DNA of 62,849 nucleotides, filler included, from Stramenopiles sp. TOSAG23-2 (Eukaryota): NCBI GenBank assembly GCA_900128395.1. It is 5 parts of 5 records of this genome, joined end to end, with 100 filler letters (N's around TTAATTAATTAA, not from the genome) between each part and the next. Parts side by side here need not be neighbours in the genome. Positions count along the whole stretch, not along the records: positions 28,990 to 57,733 come from LT649396.1; positions 57,834 to 59,439 come from LT652612.1; positions 59,540 to 61,145 come from LT652613.1; positions 61,246 to 62,849 come from LT652614.1; 1 more part is not named here. One strand, 5' to 3'. Shown piece by piece: positions 56,246 to 62,849 of this stretch (position 1 is its first letter; each line of letters starts with the position of its first letter). The notes under the pieces were generated by a model. It saw only the letters and a program-made list of their open reading frames with translations, ran no database searches and was not told where the DNA came from. The position numbers and the translations under genes were made by a program.

Positions 56246-57396
56246 CTACGCAGTTTGTGCAGCATTGGAAATAAGTGGTATACAAATAATAATTAATATG
56301 ACTATGGCTATGACTAACATGATGCATATCCATTTACGATTTGCATTTTGATGTTTTTTTGCACTATCCAATTGTTTAATACCTTTTTCCATGAAATCTT
56401 GTGTATTATTAATTAAATCCTCAATTTTATCTATTTGTTCACCTTGCCTTTCCACGATTAAATTTAAATCATTAAACATATCTGCTAATTGTTCTAATTG
56501 GCGTGTTAAACGTAATATGTCCTATTTGTAAATTTAAAGGTTAGTATTGTTCATAATCCAAATATCTATTTGTTTTTTTTTTTGTTCGGTGTATATAGAT
56601 AGATAGATAGATTCAGAATCAAATAATAATAATAATACATCAGACTATATATTAATGTAGATAATCCATTTTTTTCCTCAGTAAACATCGGAGGGAAGTC
56701 AAGGAAGTCATCATTTGTATTTTTTTTATTATATTTAGTATATATATATATGCGTATATGAATAATATATACAAAATTACTTACTTTGTGTGTATCCATA
56801 ACATCACGATATGTATCAGCAAGTCTACCTTTACCTTGCAATATAACTTGTTGAAATATTTTTCCAGCTTCACCATCATCAATAATTTTATCAATTTCTG
56901 CATCATCTTTATCAGGAGCTATAATTTTTACACGACGTGTTAATGTCTCTTTCATATTTACTTTGAACAATTCTTGTGCTGCTTGGTAATCTTTCACCCG
57001 CTTAATAAATTTAGTTGCCGATGCTTTGATACCTTGCTTTCGGCTTGCCAATTCATTACTACCTTCTGGATATGAGCTTGCGTTCTTTTTTAAATCATCG
57101 TTTAAACGTTGAATATTTGCTTTACATTCCTTTGCCACTTTACCGGTCCTTTGAACAATATTATCTAACTCTGCACTAATTTCATCCTCTTCGGAGGATT
57201 TCGTTGCACGGCTGTAACGCTCAATCAAATCTTTGATATCACGCGTCGATTTTGCTATTTGATCACACGCATGGTTGATTTTATCTTGTTGTTGTTTAAA
57301 CTCAGCAAATGCTGATTTTGGTTTTGGACGTGATTGTTGCACTCTTGCACCATTCTTCATAGGATTTTTGATTTCATTTAAACGCGAGACGGCCAT
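56246..57396 (-). CDS. STX: Plasma-membrane-type syntaxin (Qa-SNARE); exons 57396-56785 and 56521-56246
   Basis: Habc helices; SNARE motif DILRLTRQLEQLADMFNDLNLIVERQGEQIDKIE; C-terminal TM. Phase-0 intron 56522-56784 GTAAGT...TACTAAC...TAG. Confidence 0.92.
56634..56721 (-). ncRNA. Intronic box C/D snoRNA in the syntaxin intron, predicted LSU rRNA guide
   Basis: On the minus strand: stem AATACA/TGTATT, C box ATGATGA, D' CCGA, C' TGAGGA, D box CTGA. GACTTCCCT and TTATCTACATTA are complementary to conserved 25S/28S UAAUGUAGAUAAGGGAAGUC. Confidence 0.8.
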
Positions 57397-57649
57397 GGTT
57401 ATTATGTTATATACTTATATGTGTGTGTGTGTGTGTAAAAGGGCGGGGAAATAATAGGGAGAAAAAAAATTGAAGGAATCAGATAGTATAGATGAAATTG
57501 ATTCTTGTTACTATACATATATATATATATATATATTCTTTCCTCCTGTGTACCTAAAACAATAATTTATATATATATATGCACCTCTCCATTCAATTAT
57601 TGGACTAACTAACCCTAATGGGGTCCATTATCCATAAAAGTGGTGCGCC

Positions 57650-57696
57650 TACACAGCACTGGTTATTTGTTCATTGCCAATAACCAGTCCTGTGTA
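57650..57696. repeat. 47-bp near-perfect hairpin
   Basis: TACACAG-c-ACTGGTTATT / AATAACCAGT-c-CTGTGTA with an 11-nt loop. Confidence 0.8.
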
Positions 57697-58142
57697 CCTG
57701 TTAATCCGGAAATCGGTAGGAAAATATCCGAGANNNNNNNNNNNNNNNNNNNNNNNNNNNNNNNNNNNNNNNNNNNNTTAATTAATTAANNNNNNNNNNN
57801 NNNNNNNNNNNNNNNNNNNNNNNNNNNNNNNNNATGGATTTTTTTGGATTTTTTTGTGCAGGCTTAGGCTTGTTAGTCTACAAATATTGAATTGTGTTGT
57901 GATGAGTGCATAATGATAAAAATTTTTTATTTGAAGGTAAGCCAGTAAGCTCAAGTAATATATACTATAATACTGTATATATATATACCTGTCTATATAA
58001 TAGTTGAGCCAGCAGTGATGGAGTGACAATAATAATTTTGTATATTTAAAAAAAAATATTATCTTTTGGAAGGACATACACATACATACATACAAACATA
58101 TACACGGCACATATACATATATCCATATTACCACCAAAAATT

Positions 58143-59294
58143 ATGAATAAAATAATACATATAGTACTACTAACATTTTTATTCACACAACATGTGGAAA
58201 GTCATGGCTCTTTAATTATGCCACCAACTCGAAATGCAATTGATAGTGAATTACCAGCTTGGTCCAAAGGTAAACACCCAAACACTGGATGGATTGAACC
58301 ATATAATTGTCGTTGTGTAAATGGTACGGACGCAGAATGTAATAGTGGACAAAGTTGTTTTTGGTTTTCACAAGGATGTACCATTGGTTGCTCAAAATGT
58401 GATGGAAACGGTACGCGTTTACCAAACTTTGATCATTGCCCAAATGAATCCATAAAACCAACAATTAATGATCCAAAATATCGCACTATTAATCAAGAAG
58501 TTGAAGCTGGAACTGTAGAAGATTTTACGAAATATAACCCTTGGCGTGCACCTGGACGTGCACCTGTATACGATGCTTGTGGTATGGCAGGTGGGGTAAA
58601 TCACGAAGTATTCAATGCAGGCGCATATAATACTACAAAATATGCAAAACAAGGCGATTTAGGTTCCATGGTATTACCACGTCGTCCATCTGGTACAGTA
58701 TGGAAAAGAGGTAGTATTGCCATGACACGATGGGAAAATACTGCTGAACATGGTGGTGGATATCAATATCGACTATGCCCAGCAAATGAGAAATTGACCG
58801 AAGAATGCTTTCAAAAAATGCCATTAACGTTTGCTACTCCAAATAAGCATATGATACGTTTTAATGATACGTCAAAAGATCTTGAAATCAAAGCTACTGT
58901 TGTTCCACATTCAATCACAGGAACTGGAGAATGGATGTTGAATCCTCTTCCATACGGAAATGAAAATTGTACTTTATGTTGCGATTATATTGTACAACCA
59001 CCTGCACATTGTGAATATAAATGTCCTGGTTGTGGTGCTCCGTGGTATTCAGCAGATGGTGCTTGTCCAACAGATTGTAGTAAAAGTTACCCAGGACTCC
59101 CACATGGTGGATGCAATTCAAAATATCTTGATTATGCATGGATCAATGGTACGGATACTCATACATTTGCAATTGAAGATAAAGTCAATGTACCAAAGGA
59201 TATTCCTGCAGGTGAATATGTCCTTGGATGGCGTTGGGATGCAGAAGCTACTTCACAAATTTGGTCTACATGTGCTGATATTACAATTGTGTAA
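58143..59294 (+). CDS. Secreted lytic polysaccharide monooxygenase-like copper protein (His-brace)
   Basis: Signal peptide ending VES, then His1 (HGSLIMPPTRN); second His in AEHGGGYQYRLCP; C-terminal GEYVLGWRWD...QIWSTCADITI. Confidence 0.85.
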   Translation: MNKIIHIVLLTFLFTQHVESHGSLIMPPTRNAIDSELPAWSKGKHPNTGWIEPYNCRCVNGTDAECNSGQSCFWFSQGCTIGCSKCDGNGTRLPNFDHCPNESIKPTINDPKYRTINQEVEAGTVEDFTKYNPWRAPGRAPVYDACGMAGGVNHEVFNAGAYNTTKYAKQGDLGSMVLPRRPSGTVWKRGSIAMTRWENTAEHGGGYQYRLCPANEKLTEECFQKMPLTFATPNKHMIRFNDTSKDLEIKATVVPHSITGTGEWMLNPLPYGNENCTLCCDYIVQPPAHCEYKCPGCGAPWYSADGACPTDCSKSYPGLPHGGCNSKYLDYAWINGTDTHTFAIEDKVNVPKDIPAGEYVLGWRWDAEATSQIWSTCADITIV

Positions 59295-60108
59295 AAAACT
59301 ACGCAATAACAAAAATCTTGCTGGCAGTGTAGAGGGGTATGTGGGTTATACGTTAAAAAAATTAATATACATCAATTAATATATCATATTATATATTATA
59401 TTTAAATGTATATGTGCGTGTGTGTTGATAAACAATCTCNNNNNNNNNNNNNNNNNNNNNNNNNNNNNNNNNNNNNNNNNNNNTTAATTAATTAANNNNN
59501 NNNNNNNNNNNNNNNNNNNNNNNNNNNNNNNNNNNNNNNATTGGGCAGTATATAGAAAATGAAATTATGTGATTTTGTTGTTTTTCTTTTATACGAGAGA
59601 GAGGAAAAAAGATTTATTTCGAATTTATAAAAATTATAAACATAATTAAATTTTATTTAGATTTATACGATGTTTAGTGCTTTATTATCAAGCGAAAAAT
59701 ACCTGGTTACTATGAATGTCGTTGATATTCTAAATTACAACATTGGATTTAGATTTCGATTTTCGATTTGCCTGTATTTTGGCGGTTCTTTAATAGAGGT
59801 AATTATTGAAATTATTAGTATAGTTAACATCCGATTAAGTACATTTTGGAGTCGTGATTTACGTGGCCATTGCTTTTCCCAGAAGGAAAAGAAGAACACC
59901 ACCACGCTGTGGCGGCACGAAATTAATACTACACACAATTAAAACTACTAAGTTTAATATAAATATATATATCATCAGTGTATAAATAAAGATATATAGT
60001 AGATATAAATAAGACAAATCAAACATATAATAAGAAACGATTATAAAACAGACAAGCAAACCAATTACAACGAACATACTTTAGTAACAACAACAATAAT
60101 AAAAAAAA

Positions 60109-60366
60109 ATGGCAGAAGAAAAAGGTGACGCAATAACTATACGTGTTAAAGATCAAGGAGGTGAAGAAACATTCTTTAAAGTAAAAAATACGACAAAAAT
60201 GTCGAAAGTCTTTGGTGCATATGCTCAACGAAAAGGTGTCCAACAAAGTTCATTGCGTTTCCTTCTTGATGGGGAAAGAATTAATCCAGAAGATACACCA
60301 AAGTCGTTAGAACTTGAGGATCAAGATCAAATTGATTGTTTGCTTGAACAATATGGTGGATGTTAA
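60109..60366 (+). CDS. SUMO: SUMO
   Basis: ITIRVKDQGGEETFFKVK.TTKMSKVF.AYAQRKG...LRFLLDGERI...TPKSLELEDQDQID...Q.GG plus a one-residue extension (C). Confidence 0.95.
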   Translation: MAEEKGDAITIRVKDQGGEETFFKVKNTTKMSKVFGAYAQRKGVQQSSLRFLLDGERINPEDTPKSLELEDQDQIDCLLEQYGGC

Positions 60367-61545
60367 ACAATAGTAGGACTATATAAATGTTAAAACATTT
60401 CATGTGAACATAAAACGAAAGCATATCATATATATGTGAAGATAATTTGAATAGTAAATAACATCAACAACTATAGTCGTTGTGATTATATATATTTATT
60501 CATTATGGTTTCATTCATACTATGTGTTTTATATAGGTATCCATATTACATAGTTCATACATCGTTAAGTCATAAGTTTATGATTAATATGGAGATACAC
60601 GAATAGATGGTTGTTTGTGTGTGTGTGTGTGTGAAGTGAAGTGAAATCAAATGTTGTATTAATAGTTTGAAAGATGTAAAAATATCATATATAAAAAACT
60701 CCCTTCTTTGAAGAATAAAAAAAAATATTTTTCGTAATAACACAAAAAAAATTACGACATATATATGTTGTATTTTTGTATATATATTATATAATATATA
60801 TATATATAATATCTGTGCAATCTCAAAAAGAGAACTCATACGAGTATATCATTTTTATTAAAATATTATCATATGATATTTCATTTTTAATAAGCATAAC
60901 ATGCCTAATATTATGATATGTGAAAAATAAGAGAAAGTATTACACACACTGCTGCTGGAAATACGAGTATTATTTTCTCTGTGAAAAATAAATTTAAATA
61001 CACTGACACATATATAAAAATATGTATTATTTAAAAAAATATTATATTTAATACCGTCTTTGTGGCAATGTACTCGTATTACCCACCATGCCCATACCAC
61101 TTGATTGTCGTGTTAGTATACCCATAAATTCTGCATAAGAAAATGNNNNNNNNNNNNNNNNNNNNNNNNNNNNNNNNNNNNNNNNNNNNTTAATTAATTA
61201 ANNNNNNNNNNNNNNNNNNNNNNNNNNNNNNNNNNNNNNNNNNNNAAAAAAATTTTTATATATAGCGATATATATATATATATATATTAATATATATATA
61301 AATAATATATATATATGAAAGTATGATATCATATATATGATATGATGATTTTCATTATTTATATATATGATATGATATGTGGTATGATAATATATGCAAA
61401 AATATTTTCTTGTGTATCATATCATATATATGATACGAAGCGGTAAAAAATATATATACTTTTCGTATAAATATACAAATATATATACGATTCGTACATG
61501 TATATATATATATACGAGTGTATGTTATATATAATGCACACAGAA

Positions 61546-62195
61546 TTATTTGCCTTTTCCACTGGCTTTTTTTCTACGCTTCTTACTAACATTTACCCTT
61601 TGCCTTTTTGCTGCTGTAGATCTTGCGTTTGCTACAAGTTTTGCACGAGCTTTTTTATCTAATTTCTTCTTCTCATTTTCTTCATAATGATTACGTACTC
61701 GGTCTTTTGGAAGTACTCGGTCTTTCGCATTAGATTTTTTGCCACCATTTGCATCTTTTAAAGTATCACGGCGTTTTCTTTTGCCACCATTTGCATCTTT
61801 TAAAGCAGCACCGCGATGTTTAACAGCAGCTGATATAATATGAAAAATGTTAGTAAAATATTTGTTGAATTAATGTGGAAGATTTTTATGTGTTACTGTT
61901 TTAGATACTTACGTGTTCTTAATGGAGCTCTTTCATTTGGAGCAGGAGAAGGGGGGATCATTAATTCAAGCCTTTGAAGTCTTTCATCGACAACTTCATT
62001 CACTTTAGCTTGTTGTTCATTTGCTGCTACTAATTTAGCCATTTTTTGTGCATGTTCAGAAACTATTCCATCAATTCGAACCATATCTTTTTCATGATCG
62101 GCTTCAAATTTTGCAAGTTCTTCTTCTAAATTAGTACCTTCTGTGCTGTCGACTTCTGATACTACCAAAGCAAAAGGATTTAGAAGATGAGCCAT
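61546..62195 (-). CDS. Hypothetical 188-aa protein (coiled coil + basic tail); exons 62195-61913 and 61829-61546
   Basis: Phase-1 intron 61830-61912 (GTAAGT...TACTAAC...CAG). Exon 2 is open to TAA and contains a duplicated LKDANGGK. Confidence 0.7.
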
Positions 62196-62849
62196 AATTT
62201 TATGATATATGATATATAGATATATAGATGTGTGTGTGTGTATGTATATAATGTACTATGGTGTGGTATGGTATGATATGATACTAATATGTTTTGTTTT
62301 TTTCTTTGTTGTTGTTTGTTTTATCTTCTCTATTTTATATTTTTTCAAAGAGTATGTATATATATATCGTCTTCAACATATTTTTCCCATTGTGTGTAGT
62401 TATAAATTGTGATCCTTTTATTTCATAAATTTTAGTGATAGTTATAGTGACGAAAAGAAAGTGTGTTCTGGCGATCTCGCGGGTTGATTGATGATTATAG
62501 CAGGTACATATCATTAGAACACGTTTCTTATCACTTCACCAAAAAAAGAAGAAGAGCACAAAGAATCAAGATAGTAGAATCAAGAATCATCAAGAATCAC
62601 ACAAAAGAATCAAAATAAAAAATGAAGAATTATAATAATAAACTAAAACAGAGACAGATAGATAGATAGAGAGATAGATAGAGAATGACATATAAGAAAA
62701 TACATTCAAAGATGAAGATAACTTTCACCAGCAAAGCCGATAGGGCGAAACGAAAAGAAATAGAAAAAGAAAAGAAAAAGAAAGAAGAAGATGAAAGAAG
62801 AAAAAGAAGAAAGTTAAAAAATAAACAAAGACTTTCTTCTAATTATAAA

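Noticed and set aside
62560..62849. Purine-rich possible CDS start at the window end
   Set aside because: Frames contain stops and the sequence is low complexity; unsupported.

Overview
Gene-dense, very AT-rich eukaryotic nuclear DNA with no prokaryotic operons, CRISPR, rRNA or recognisable tRNA. It has (TA)n/(CA)n microsatellites, poly-Asn inserts and a few short GT-AG introns with a strong ACTAAC branch point. Kinesin-II and CFAP97-like genes point to a flagellated protist, and the histone H3 signature looks stramenopile-like (inference). The window is several contigs joined by artificial N44-TTAATTAATTAA-N44 linkers. About 30 protein genes are supported, including MARCH6/Doa10, DDX54, mitochondrial S6 and mL59, SAMHD1-like, GSTCD-like, H3, eIF3a, ASH2L-SPRY/HAD fusion, NCL/EF-CAX, TKL pseudokinase, KIF3, syntaxin, an LPMO-like protein and SUMO. 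The strongest hidden signals are missed by the ORF track. (1) An omega-class-like GST has TGA at its catalytic Cys codon (K-U-P-W-A-H-R) and a well-formed SECIS-like hairpin in its 3' UTR, so it is a probable selenoprotein. (2) Three intron-encoded box C/D snoRNAs sit in eIF3a (two) and syntaxin (one); two of them have a split guide that pairs to adjacent rRNA segments. (3) A secreted Cys-rich protein carries a bacterial polymorphic-toxin pre-toxin-like motif and a defensin-like tail. (4) There are unusual chromatin-domain fusions (Tudor-HMG-2OG dioxygenase; ASH2L-HAD). (5) A TACCWGGTA palindrome recurs in non-coding DNA, and there are two MITE-like elements. All calls are by eye; no searches were run.
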